Shown in pieces: positions 50,647 to 60,201 of a stretch of DNA of 64,000 bases (positions are counted from its first letter, which is position 1; each line of letters starts with the position of its first letter). The translations under genes were made by a program, and so were the position numbers. Source of the DNA: Candidatus Bathyarchaeota archaeon (lineage in GTDB: Archaea > Thermoproteota > Bathyarchaeia > Bathyarchaeales > Bathycorpusculaceae); assembly GCA_963815095.1 (NCBI GenBank), contig CAWFFH010000003.1:704001-768000 (forward strand), read 5' to 3'. The notes beneath the pieces are model-generated. The model was not told the DNA's origin. It saw only the letters and a list, made by a program, of their open reading frames with translations, and did no database searches.

Positions 50647-50955
50647 ATGAATAAAACAAAAATGATAATCGCGTTGGTCGCTGTAGCTGCATTGACTTTG
50701 ACCATAGTGGGATTAGCCTCAGCCCAATTAGCAACAACCCAAAGTTATAATGGGGTAAACCCCAACATTGCTTCCAACAATGGCTTCTGGGGATGGATTG
50801 GAAACTGTTTTGGATTTAGAAACAGTCAACCTTACGCCAACCAGTATGTCGCTCCACCAGCTGGCACGAACAGTCAAGTTCCCATACCAAGTCAAGGCAA
50901 CGGCAACTACTTTGGATTTGGACCGTGCTGGGCACGACTTAATTCAAGTCCATAA
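50647..50955 (+). CDS. Small secreted Gly/Asn/aromatic-rich protein
   Basis: Signal peptide ending ASA; GFWGWIGNCFG and GFGPCW motifs. Confidence 0.75.
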   Translation: MNKTKMIIALVAVAALTLTIVGLASAQLATTQSYNGVNPNIASNNGFWGWIGNCFGFRNSQPYANQYVAPPAGTNSQVPIPSQGNGNYFGFGPCWARLNSSP

Positions 50956-51095
50956 ACTCTTTTTTTCTTAATTAAATTTAATGAATTTAGAAATGAAAAA
51001 AGAAAAAAAGTCTTTTGTTTAGATTAAAATTTAGTGATTTGGGGTTTTATCAAAGGAATGGTTAAGTTTTCTTTAGGGCGGTGTAGCTCTCAGTT

Positions 51096-51557
51096 TTAGG
51101 ATTTTATTTCGTACACCATGTCACAGTCGCCTACTGGACCTGGTTTGCGAATTTCTTTCAAACGGACATTTCTAATTTTTAGGTTCTCTGATAGTGCTCC
51201 TACTGGGAACAAAGAAATAGCACAAGCCGGCATGATTCCGAATCTTTCTTTAACGAGTTTGCCGTGACAAATGTAGCATCCTCGAAATTTCAGAATGTAT
51301 TCTTCTGCCTGCTTTTCCAAAGTTACGCTTTTGGCAAGCTTTAGGTCGTTTTGGATGTAATTTGCGATTTTCTCCATTAAAGCGTCTGATGTTTGGGCTG
51401 GAGGTATTGATTTGCCCCAAGTTTTTCCTAGCGCCATGCTAGCTTTTGCAAAAACCTTTTGATTTTCCTCTCCTAAGGCTCCTTGAATTGAACACATAAC
51501 TTCAAGAACAGGCTTTTGGGGAATCATTTTTTCTTCAGGCATTTTCTTTCCTCTCAA
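51096..51557 (-). CDS. V4R-like small-ligand/metal-binding hypothetical protein
   Basis: LGKTWG, GCYICH, AC, DC..VYEI pattern. Confidence 0.55.
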   Translation of the reverse strand: MRGKKMPEEKMIPQKPVLEVMCSIQGALGEENQKVFAKASMALGKTWGKSIPPAQTSDALMEKIANYIQNDLKLAKSVTLEKQAEEYILKFRGCYICHGKLVKERFGIMPACAISLFPVGALSENLKIRNVRLKEIRKPGPVGDCDMVYEIKS

Positions 51558-51735
51558 AATTCAATTATACTCATCAAGAAAGCGAACGTTTAAGGCTTTT
51601 GTTCTTTCAAATTTATGTTGGATGAAAACTCTCACTCTAACCATTTGGAAATATCTCTTTCGTTGTCGATTTGGTAACTTCTCTAAGTTAAAAGATGGCA
51701 AACTTTAATTTCGAGTTTTAATTAATCCTAATTTC

Positions 51736-52482
51736 GTGCGAGAATATCACTTTCTTATACTAATATCTTCTGCCATTTTGTTACTTCTATCTTCCTTTTT
51801 GGTTAATTCCAGTACTGCACAGATGCCGATGATGACTCCTACTCCAACTCCTACAACAAATAGCCCGGGAGTCTTATTTGTTCTAATTGGGATAGCAATC
51901 GTCGTTTCTGTAGCAGTTATTGTCATTTACTTTGTCTATTCAAGAAATAAAAATAAAAAAATGGAAGGATTTTCTGAATCCAAATCCATGACACTCAGAG
52001 AAATGCAACCGACAGCTAATTCAAAAATAGATACCAAAGGCAAAGTCTCAAGACCTTTCGATGTCTTTCTGTGCTATAAAAAAAGTTCAGGTAAAGATTA
52101 TGCTGACCATTTGAAATCAGGTTTAGAAGAGCTTGGATTGCACACATTCGAGGATTGCAAAGACATCCCTCTAACTGTGAACACTGAAGAGGGTTGGGCA
52201 TGTGATCGTGATAAAGCATTGGAGGAAAGCCGATATTTTGTTCTTGTCATGACTCCTGGCTTCAATTTATCGTCTGAAGTTGTTAAAGAAATAGGCATGG
52301 CAAGAAAACAAGGTAACAAGACATTTGTTTTCTTTAGACATCGGAGCATGGGGCGAAGTATAGTGGTTAATTTGGGAGATGAGGTTTTTGATATTGGAAA
52401 ACTTGAGCAAGTATCTTTTGAGACCAAAGAAGAGCTGTTGCGGCTTTCGCATGACATTCTTTTTAAAGCTAAGAATCCGTAG
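51736..52482 (+). CDS. Membrane-anchored TIR-domain protein
   Basis: Two N-terminal hydrophobic segments; FDVFLCY, L..GL..F.D, ALEESRYFVLVMTP, VVKEIGMA with the conserved Glu. Confidence 0.85.
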   Translation: MREYHFLILISSAILLLLSSFLVNSSTAQMPMMTPTPTPTTNSPGVLFVLIGIAIVVSVAVIVIYFVYSRNKNKKMEGFSESKSMTLREMQPTANSKIDTKGKVSRPFDVFLCYKKSSGKDYADHLKSGLEELGLHTFEDCKDIPLTVNTEEGWACDRDKALEESRYFVLVMTPGFNLSSEVVKEIGMARKQGNKTFVFFRHRSMGRSIVVNLGDEVFDIGKLEQVSFETKEELLRLSHDILFKAKNP

Positions 52483-52710
52483 GTTTTTATTAGTTTATAA
52501 CGTGAATTATCGCCTTGTTTTGCGACTTTGGTGTATTTTTGCACAGTTCAACACCTTACTTTGTAAGGCTGCTGCCTTCCATGGATTTCAGAATTAGGGC
52601 GCGAAAGACCTATAAGCCTGTTATATTATATATTAGAATATTAGAATGTGTATGGTGGTTTAAGGTTGAAACCAAAATCGAGAAAGGATGTTAACTCAGC
52701 CTTCAACAGG

Positions 52711-52750
52711 TGTTTCAAAACTGTTTCAGATCTGTTTCAGCCAACTATCA
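52711..52750 (+). promoter_or_regulatory. Phased triple-repeat operator, copy 2
   Basis: TGTTTCA at 52711, 52722 and 52733, then GCCAACTATCA. Confidence 0.7.
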
Positions 52751-52799
52751 TATCATTCGAATACCATAATATAGATAAATAAAAATCGGAGGAAAAAAA

Positions 52800-53636
52800 A
52801 TGAAAAACTTGAAAATAATAACATTCGTTGGCGTTGCAGCGATAGTAGCTGTATTATTAGCTTCAACCGCAATTGCTGCAGCCATGATGGGCGGCGGTGG
52901 TTACGGAGGCTATGGAGGAATGATGGGAGGAGGCTATGGCACCGGCTACGGATACAACAGCCCACCATACACAACAGGAGCAACCATTCCCACGACACCA
53001 ACATCACAATACTATCAGCCAGTTTACCCGATGATGTTCGGAGGCGGCATGATGGGACGGTTTGGAAATGGCTACGGATTTGGCGGAATGATGAGCGGCT
53101 ATGGATACACAGCGCCATACACATACACTGGTACACCACTAACAATTACCAATGCAGTAACAATAGCCCAAAATTATGTGTCCTCGATAGGCAATCCCAA
53201 CTTAGTAGTTAAACAAGTGGAAGAATTTTCAGCGAACTTCTATGTCCAAGTTAACGAGAAAAGCCCAGGCAACGGAGCATTCGAACTGCTAATCAACAAA
53301 TACACAGGCAGCATCTATCCAGAAATGGGTCCTAACATGATGTGGAACACAAAATACGGCATGATGAGAGGCGGAATCTTGGGCGGCATCTTTGGAACCC
53401 CAACCACAACCATGACAGTAACACCTGCACAAGCAACAACAGACGCACAACAATACCTAAACACCTACGTGAGCGGAGCAACCACTGGTGATGTGAACAC
53501 ATTCTATGGCTACTATACTATCGAAGTGCTTAACGGCGGAACAACCTATGGGATGCTCAGCGTCAACGGCTTCAGCGGACAAGTTTGGGTCCACACATGG
53601 CATGGAACCTTCGTCCAAGAACAGATAGTGAGCTAA
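52800..53636 (+). CDS. Secreted Met/Gly/Tyr-rich protein with two PepSY-like domains
   Basis: Signal peptide; repeated MM/GMMG; A..IAQNY..., ELLINKYTG.IYPEMGPNMMWNTKYG, MLSVNG.SG.VW.HTWHG. Confidence 0.82.
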   Translation: MKNLKIITFVGVAAIVAVLLASTAIAAAMMGGGGYGGYGGMMGGGYGTGYGYNSPPYTTGATIPTTPTSQYYQPVYPMMFGGGMMGRFGNGYGFGGMMSGYGYTAPYTYTGTPLTITNAVTIAQNYVSSIGNPNLVVKQVEEFSANFYVQVNEKSPGNGAFELLINKYTGSIYPEMGPNMMWNTKYGMMRGGILGGIFGTPTTTMTVTPAQATTDAQQYLNTYVSGATTGDVNTFYGYYTIEVLNGGTTYGMLSVNGFSGQVWVHTWHGTFVQEQIVS

Positions 53637-53696
53637 GAAATCCAATCCCCTTCTTTTTTGTAATTTCACATTTGGAAGAATAGAAAACCTAAAGAG

Positions 53697-54077
53697 ATGA
53701 AAACCATGTCAGAATATGCAACTAAGCAGGCAACTGAAATGTCGAAACGAACCTTTGACATGTCAATATACGAATTACAGGCAGAGATTTCAAAAACAAT
53801 AGCTCACCCTCTAAGGATTGCCATTATACATACCTTAAGAGATGGCGAGAAAACTGTAAACGACCTCACCCAAACACTGGGCGTCAGTCAATCCAATGTA
53901 TCTCAGCACTTAGCAATAATGAGACAAAGACAAATCGTCAAAACAAGAAAAGAGGGCTCAACAGTTTACTATCGAGTGTCAAGTCCTAAAATCAGCCAAG
54001 CTTGCGACATGGTTCGAGAGGTACTCATAGAACAGCTCAGCCAAAGACAAGAAATGGCAAAGAACTTCGAGCTATAA
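53697..54077 (+). CDS. ArsR/SmtB-family repressor
   Basis: K..AHPLR..I...L..GEKTV..L....SQSNVSQHL..MR...V..RKEG..VYY. Confidence 0.92.
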   Translation: MKTMSEYATKQATEMSKRTFDMSIYELQAEISKTIAHPLRIAIIHTLRDGEKTVNDLTQTLGVSQSNVSQHLAIMRQRQIVKTRKEGSTVYYRVSSPKISQACDMVREVLIEQLSQRQEMAKNFEL

Positions 54078-54090
54078 GAGGAATTAAAAA

Positions 54091-54264
54091 ATGTGCCCTT
54101 TTGGTTTTGGATGCGGTTGCGGCGGAGGATCCAATAATGAAAGAAAAGAAGTCACCCGCGAGGTAATACGAGAAGTTGTCATGATTCCTTGCAAATACTG
54201 CGGCGCCCTCTTTCAACAAACAGCAACATTTTGTCCCCATTGTGGAGCAAAGAGAACGGTTTAA
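54091..54264 (+). CDS. 57-aa Cys-rich zinc-ribbon protein (not in ORF track)
   Basis: Hand translation MCPFGFGCGCGGGSNNERKEVTREVIREVVMIPCKYCGALFQQTATFCPHCGAKRTV; GAGG upstream; follows arsR. Confidence 0.75.
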   Translation: MCPFGFGCGCGGGSNNERKEVTREVIREVVMIPCKYCGALFQQTATFCPHCGAKRTV

Positions 54265-54287
54265 AACTAAAGAAAAATAACATATAA

Positions 54288-55031
54288 TTGGAGATCTTTA
54301 TTTTGTCCAAACTAAAACTATTAACAGTTATTCTGACAACTGCCCTTTTGGCGGCATTCGTATTTCCTGTTTTTGCCCTAACATACAATCCAGGCGTTGT
54401 GTCGGGGCAATATGTAAAATATGGTAATTTTGTCGGCGTCGGTCAAGGAGTTGAGTCCTTCAATGATTACGACTGGCTAAAGCTACAAGTGACAGATGTT
54501 TCTGGAAAATCAGTCACTTTGCTTTCAACGAGCCAATATAAGAACGGAACTGCTATCGCAGGCAATGGCACCGTGTCAGTTTGGAATATTGAAACAGGAA
54601 CCCAAGACGGTGTTCCAACTACCCAAGGTCCAATCATAGCCGCAAATTTGAACCAAGGTGACCTAATACCCCCTCCTAACACTTATATCGTAAATAGTAC
54701 TGAGAGCCGAACCTACCTCGGTGCTAGCCGAACGGTGAATATTCTTGATGCTTCCCTTTCAACGCCAGATTATAACGCAACTCTAACTTACGTTTATGAT
54801 AAAGAGTCCGGGATGTTACTTGAATCAACCACTCAAACAACAACTCAAGCAGACCCCCAACCGGTAACAACGACAATTTCCTACAGCATAATTGAAACCA
54901 ACATTTTCGGCTCATCATCGAATCCATCGCCTTCTGTTCCAGAGCTACCCATCCTATCAGTTGGAGTTGTCTTCATTATTGTCTTGATAGGTGCAGTTGT
55001 AACCCTTATTGTGGTCAAGAAGAAAAATTAA
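54288..55031 (+). CDS. Secreted/membrane-anchored hypothetical protein
   Basis: Signal peptide, GV..GQYVKY, YDKESGMLLE, VPEL + TM + KKKN tail (PEF-CTERM-like). Confidence 0.75.
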   Translation: MEIFILSKLKLLTVILTTALLAAFVFPVFALTYNPGVVSGQYVKYGNFVGVGQGVESFNDYDWLKLQVTDVSGKSVTLLSTSQYKNGTAIAGNGTVSVWNIETGTQDGVPTTQGPIIAANLNQGDLIPPPNTYIVNSTESRTYLGASRTVNILDASLSTPDYNATLTYVYDKESGMLLESTTQTTTQADPQPVTTTISYSIIETNIFGSSSNPSPSVPELPILSVGVVFIIVLIGAVVTLIVVKKKN

Positions 55032-55201
55032 ACGTTTAGTTTATTTTTTTTTACATACTTCAATTGTGAAGTGTGTCATTCCTCAGGGTCAACCTCGCTT
55101 CTTAATAGCATATTCTTTGAAGCTCGTTTTAACATCTCGTCTTTATTCAAGTTTTTTGGAACAAGAATTTTGTTTAAGAGGTTCCCTCAACCCTAAAGGG
55201 G

Positions 55202-55801
55202 TTAGGAAATATTTGGTTGCCTGTGGGTGCCCATGCCGTACCAGAAGAAAACTTTTGCCACAATAGCCGTTAATACAGCGGCAAGCATACGGGCCAAGAC
55301 GGTTAGTGCAAATCCTATTGTTCCTGTGACTACGTTTGCAGTCGACATTTGGAATATTGTAAACATTACTATGCCGCCAATTGTGCAGGAGACTAAGCTA
55401 GAAATGAGCAGTCTTTTGAAATTGTCTGACCTCTTGTTTAATGCTCCAGCCATGTAGCCGATTAACATTGGACTCACTACGTATGCTAATAAGACTGTTC
55501 CTGAACCTGGTATTCCATGGAAGCTGTTTGCCCAGTACAATGCGTAGAATGCGCCCATTAAGAAGCCTGAAGCTCCGCCTGCCCATTGGTTCCACAGTAA
55601 ACCAAGGGCTAAGGGAACACCAACTATGACAACAAGTTCCAGTATTTCCATCGTAAGTCCAAGTACGATTCCCGGACCGCCGCCGACTAGCGACGGAAGT
55701 TTCGAAATCAACACAATCACGAAAATGGCGACTACAGGAAGAATAATTCCAAAAATTATATCATTCTTTGTCCATTTTTTCCAATCTAAGCCCATAAACA
55801 A
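55202..55801 (-). CDS. Six-TM membrane protein, possibly an ECF S-component-like protein
   Basis: About 200 aa, about six Gly-rich TM helices. Confidence 0.6.
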   Translation of the reverse strand: MFMGLDWKKWTKNDIIFGIILPVVAIFVIVLISKLPSLVGGGPGIVLGLTMEILELVVIVGVPLALGLLWNQWAGGASGFLMGAFYALYWANSFHGIPGSGTVLLAYVVSPMLIGYMAGALNKRSDNFKRLLISSLVSCTIGGIVMFTIFQMSTANVVTGTIGFALTVLARMLAAVLTAIVAKVFFWYGMGTHRQPNIS

Positions 55802-55963
55802 GCCCCTGCTTGTACCAATTAATCCATAAGTATATTTAAAATTTGTTATATATGTCGATGGGAAACCCCCAGAGCTTGTTTGATAAGTTTAAATCCTTTA
55901 GTTACTTAACAGATACATAGCAATTTTTTACTCGTTTATATATGGTGAAAAGGAGGTGGTTTA

Positions 55964-56248
55964 ATGTTATATGAAGCGACCCATTCTCATCCAGCGGCAC
56001 AATGTCCTTTGTTAAGTCCGGAAGGGAAAGGCATGCTCAAGCAACTTTTTTCTGAGCAGAACATAAAAAACGCAGGAATCAACCTGACAGCCGCCTACAT
56101 GAGCTGCCCTCAAGACACAGCCGTAGATCACAAAGGGTTCTTTACGATAGAAGCTCAGAATCCAGAAGCAATCAAAAAATTCTTTGGTCCAATGGCAGTT
56201 GAAATAAGACCGGTCAAACCCTTAAGTGAAGTGGCAAAAACCCTATAA
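55964..56248 (+). CDS. Hypothetical small alpha/beta protein with HSH...CP motif
   Basis: Strong AGGAGGTGG RBS; H.GFF.IEA pattern. Confidence 0.7.
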   Translation: MLYEATHSHPAAQCPLLSPEGKGMLKQLFSEQNIKNAGINLTAAYMSCPQDTAVDHKGFFTIEAQNPEAIKKFFGPMAVEIRPVKPLSEVAKTL

Positions 56249-56335
56249 TTTACTTTGGACATTCTACCTTAAAGATATCTGTTCAGGGCAAAAATAACAA
56301 AATATTCAAGCCCTATTTTTTTACTAATATTTGAA

Positions 56336-58771
56336 TTGGTTAATATGGATAAGAATCAAGCCTCCGATGACTTTAGCGCTCTGACAATAGATGAAACTTT
56401 GAGCCGATTAAGCAGTAATTACGCGAGAGGTTTAGCTGAAACAGAAGTAAAGCAAAGAATTGAACAATATGGTCCTAATGCAGTAGAGGAAAAACAACAA
56501 AACTCCGTTGTTTCATTTTTGAAACGTTTTTGGGGTTTAACCGCTTGGATGCTTGAAATAGCAATTGTAATATCATTTATTTTAGGTAATTATTTAGACC
56601 TGTACATAATCACAGCTTTACTGCTTGTAAATGCGCTTTTAGGGTTTTTTCAGGAAAAGCAGGCAACAAGAGCTGTAAAAAAACTCAAACAAAAGCTGCA
56701 ATTGCAAGCAAGAGTGTTAAGAGATGGATTATGGTCAACAATTAGTTCTGAAGAGTTGGTTCCTGGCGACATTATTCGAATAAGGTCGGGTGATTTCGTA
56801 CCCTCAGATCTTAAAATCATTGATGCCGAGATCTCTGTAGATCAGTCGACAATAACTGGAGAATCTATGCCTTTTGAAAAGAAAAAAAGTGACCTTGTCT
56901 TTTCTGGTTCAATGATACGAAAGGGTGAAGCCACAGGTATAGTGACTTCTACAGGTGCTCATACATATTTTGGTAAAACAGCCCAATTGGTTCAGCTAGC
57001 TAAACCAAAATTACATATGGAAAAAGTCATCTCTGGATTAATGAAGTGGCTTCTAATTTTGGTTGTCACATTGCTTGCTGTTGCTTTTGCAGTTTCGTGG
57101 ATACGTGGCATTAACCTTTTGGTAATGCTATCTTTGGCTTTAATTTTGTTGGTGTCGGCAATACCAGTTGCCCTACCAACAATGTTCACTGTTACAATGG
57201 CTCTTGGATCACAGGAGCTCGCAAAGAAAGGAGTCTTAGTTACACGCCTTAGTGCATCTGAAGACGCTGCTCTCATGGATGTTTTATGTGTGGACAAAAC
57301 AGGTACACTCACCATGAATATGCTCAAGATAGCTGATGTCGTAGAAATTAATGGCTACACAAAAGATGACGTTATGTTATTTGGCGCTTTAGCGTCTCAA
57401 AAAGCGAACCAAGACCCTATAGACATAGCATTTCTAGTAGCGGCACAAGAAAAAAACCTGCCATTAAATGAGTATACTCAAAAAACATTTATTCCGTTTG
57501 ATCCAACGACCAGAAGAACGGAGGCAGTTCTCGAGAAAAATGGAGATGAATTGCGTGTCACCAAAGGTGCTGTTGCAGTAATAGCGCCAATGTCGGGAAT
57601 TTATGAGAAAGAACTTGCCGATTTAGAGACAAAAATGGAATCCTTCGCAAGTAGGGGGTGCCGAATTATTGCTGTCGCCGTTAGTAGTCAAGTAGCGAAA
57701 ATGCAACTTGCCGGTTTAGTGGCACTCAATGATCAGCCTAGAGCTGATTCTGCAGGCATCATATCAAAACTTCGAGCGCTGGGAATATCTGTTAAAATGC
57801 TTACTGGGGATTCTTTACCGATCGCAAAACAGGTGGCCGAAGAGGTACATTTAGGTAACAAAATAGCACGCGCTCCTAAAATCAAAGAGATGGCACGCAA
57901 AGATGCGATTGTTGCGGCAGGGATAGTTGAAAAAAGCGATGGCTTCGCTGAAATTTACCCTGAAGGTAAATACCAAATTGTAAAAGCTCTGCAGTCTGAA
58001 AGGCATGTTGTTGGGATGACGGGAGATGGCATAAATGATGCTCCAGCCTTAAAGCAAGCTGAAGTAGGAATAGCGGTAAGTAATGCAACTGATGTAGCAA
58101 AGGGTGCGGCAAGCGTTGTTCTTACAACACCCGGATTATCAAACATTTTAAGTCTTGTAATATCTGGAAGAATGATTTATCAAAGAATTCTAACGTGGAT
58201 ATTTAATAAAATTGTAAAAACATTCCAAGTAGTAGTGTTTGTCGTTCTGGCCTTTCTTTCTACTGGACTATTCGTTGTCAACGCCTTTCAGGTTGTATTA
58301 TTACTGTTTCTAGTTGATTTTGTCACGATTTCACTTGCTACTGATAATGCTAGACCCTCAGAAAAGCCTGAAACTTGGAACATATCTTCCCTTCTTAAGG
58401 CGTCTATTATCCTAGGCGTCTTTATTGTTGTCGAATCCTTTGGACTGCTATACTTAGGTTTAACATTCTTGGATCTTTCAAATATTTCTCAGCTAAACAC
58501 GTTTGTTTTTGATATTCTGCTATTTGGGGGGTTATTTACAATTTTTGTAGTGCGAGAAAGAGGTAATTTCTGGGAATCAAAACCTAGTAAGCCGCTCTTT
58601 GTCGCGATTGTTGTTGACATAATCATCTCTTCGCTATTATCAGTTATCGGTATACCGGGACTGGCGCCTATACCACCACTTTACGTAGCTATAGTTTTAG
58701 GTTGGTTCTTTGTTTTTGGAATTTTATTAAATGACCAAATAAAGAATCGATTGATTAATCAGAAAATGTAG
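56336..58771 (+). CDS. Plasma-membrane-type proton-efflux P-type ATPase (P3A)
   Basis: [58 protein letters not shown]6 Asp (LVDFVTI). Confidence 0.92.
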   Translation: MVNMDKNQASDDFSALTIDETLSRLSSNYARGLAETEVKQRIEQYGPNAVEEKQQNSVVSFLKRFWGLTAWMLEIAIVISFILGNYLDLYIITALLLVNALLGFFQEKQATRAVKKLKQKLQLQARVLRDGLWSTISSEELVPGDIIRIRSGDFVPSDLKIIDAEISVDQSTITGESMPFEKKKSDLVFSGSMIRKGEATGIVTSTGAHTYFGKTAQLVQLAKPKLHMEKVISGLMKWLLILVVTLLAVAFAVSWIRGINLLVMLSLALILLVSAIPVALPTMFTVTMALGSQELAKKGVLVTRLSASEDAALMDVLCVDKTGTLTMNMLKIADVVEINGYTKDDVMLFGALASQKANQDPIDIAFLVAAQEKNLPLNEYTQKTFIPFDPTTRRTEAVLEKNGDELRVTKGAVAVIAPMSGIYEKELADLETKMESFASRGCRIIAVAVSSQVAKMQLAGLVALNDQPRADSAGIISKLRALGISVKMLTGDSLPIAKQVAEEVHLGNKIARAPKIKEMARKDAIVAAGIVEKSDGFAEIYPEGKYQIVKALQSERHVVGMTGDGINDAPALKQAEVGIAVSNATDVAKGAASVVLTTPGLSNILSLVISGRMIYQRILTWIFNKIVKTFQVVVFVVLAFLSTGLFVVNAFQVVLLLFLVDFVTISLATDNARPSEKPETWNISSLLKASIILGVFIVVESFGLLYLGLTFLDLSNISQLNTFVFDILLFGGLFTIFVVRERGNFWESKPSKPLFVAIVVDIIISSLLSVIGIPGLAPIPPLYVAIVLGWFFVFGILLNDQIKNRLINQKM

Positions 58772-58788
58772 AACGGCGGCGATTTAAC

Positions 58789-58983
58789 TCAACTAGTTTT
58801 TAATATAATTGCTTTGGCGCGGCATTTTGTTATGCAATCGCCGCATCCCCGACAAAATGTAGGGTCTACAAAAGTGGGGTCGTTGTTATCTATCTGAAAA
58901 ATAGCTTTTAGGGGGCATGCCTTTGCTGCTTGACACTCAATACATCGTAAGCATTTGTTTGGTTCAATGAAGGCCTTATGCAT
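58789..58983 (-). CDS. Small 2x[4Fe-4S] ferredoxin-like protein
   Basis: CLRCIEC....ACP and CRGCGDCITKC; ATG at 58983. Confidence 0.85.
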   Translation of the reverse strand: MHKAFIEPNKCLRCIECQAAKACPLKAIFQIDNNDPTFVDPTFCRGCGDCITKCRAKAIILKTS

Positions 58984-59094
58984 AGCCCTCACTTGGAAGG
59001 TTTCCACAACGTCTTGTTGCAATTTACGACCCGACTGACTACTGCAACCGTCGAAATTCCTAGTAAGCTAACAAGCAACAAAAGCTTAATCATG

Positions 59095-59604
59095 TTAAAC
59101 TCCCCGAGGCAATGCTGCCTCTTTTGGGGTTTTTGGTTTTCTTGGTCGCCATGTTAAAGCACTATAGATCGTAAACACTAAGAGCGCCACAAACACTGCT
59201 GCTTTGATTGCCGTGAAATTTGTGACTGCAGAGTAAAGTGCGAATGTTGCCGGGAACGCTCCAATATAGAGGCTATAGAGTATTGCTGTGGGTAGCTTGT
59301 AGTTGTATTTGTAGTCTTTGAAGAGGCGTCTGCCAAAGTATAGTGCCGCTAGACGTCCCATTCCGTGAGTGCATTTTATGCAGTTGTAGCATGGTCTTAG
59401 GCATCCAAGAATGTTTAGCAGACCATAAATTAAGATCAGGGTAACTACAAAAAAGACAATGCCGTCAATTAAATTAAATAGTAGAAAAGCGGCTGAGTCA
59501 AGAATGATCCATATGAAAAGGGCAAGGTTGCCGAGTGAAACTAATTTTTTGGGGAAGAAAATTGGGCGACCGTTTTTTGGTTCTGTCATAACAGCCTCTT
59601 CCAA
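59095..59604 (-). CDS. Four-TM membrane protein with Cys cluster
   Basis: CLRPCYNCIKCTHGMG between TM pairs. Confidence 0.7.
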   Translation of the reverse strand: MEEAVMTEPKNGRPIFFPKKLVSLGNLALFIWIILDSAAFLLFNLIDGIVFFVVTLILIYGLLNILGCLRPCYNCIKCTHGMGRLAALYFGRRLFKDYKYNYKLPTAILYSLYIGAFPATFALYSAVTNFTAIKAAVFVALLVFTIYSALTWRPRKPKTPKEAALPRGV

Positions 59605-59757
59605 GTGATTGAAATATAAGGTTTTTTTAGCATAAAAAATTCGCGTGCATGCAATAAGTTGTTCCAGCTGATATCAAGGAGGTTGTCGCCAGCAAACCGT
59701 GATTTTACCGCTTCTATTTTTTCTTCAACACTCGTCATATGCTATCCTCTGTGGTTG

Positions 59758-60168
59758 CTATTCCAGATGCCGTTTGATCATCGCTTCGATATGCGCTTTG
59801 GGGTAAGCGCCAACTAATCTTTCAACTTCTTTGCCATGATTGAAGATGATTATAGTTGGAATGCTCATTATTCCAAAGCTGCTCGGCACTACTTGATTCT
59901 CGTCAACGTTCATTTTTCCAAACGCTGCTTTACCTGTATATTCAGCTGATAGCGCCTCAATTATGGGTCCTACCATTCGGCATGGTCCACACCATGGAGC
60001 CCAAAAGTCTGCCACTAGTAATTTGTTTGCTTCGACTGATGCTGAAAAGTTGTTATCAGTTAGAACTATTGGCTGTTTTGCAATTGGTTTTTGGCATTTT
60101 TTTGCATCCTCTATCATGGATTGAATTTTTCTAATTTTTATTTGTTCTACTTCATTTTCTTCATTCAT
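59758..60168 (-). CDS. trxA: Thioredoxin
   Basis: DFWAPWCGPCR, NVDEN, SIPT. Confidence 0.96.
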   Translation of the reverse strand: MNEENEVEQIKIRKIQSMIEDAKKCQKPIAKQPIVLTDNNFSASVEANKLLVADFWAPWCGPCRMVGPIIEALSAEYTGKAAFGKMNVDENQVVPSSFGIMSIPTIIIFNHGKEVERLVGAYPKAHIEAMIKRHLE

Positions 60169-60201
60169 GCCTTAACTACCTTCGTTTTCTTTTTGTTGGG
60201 G

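Noticed and set aside
59586-59738. ~50-aa minus-strand ORF MTSVEEKIEAVKSRF... downstream of trxA
   Set aside because: It has an RBS-like AGAGGA but no recognisable family; possibly a truncated relic, so not supportable as a feature.
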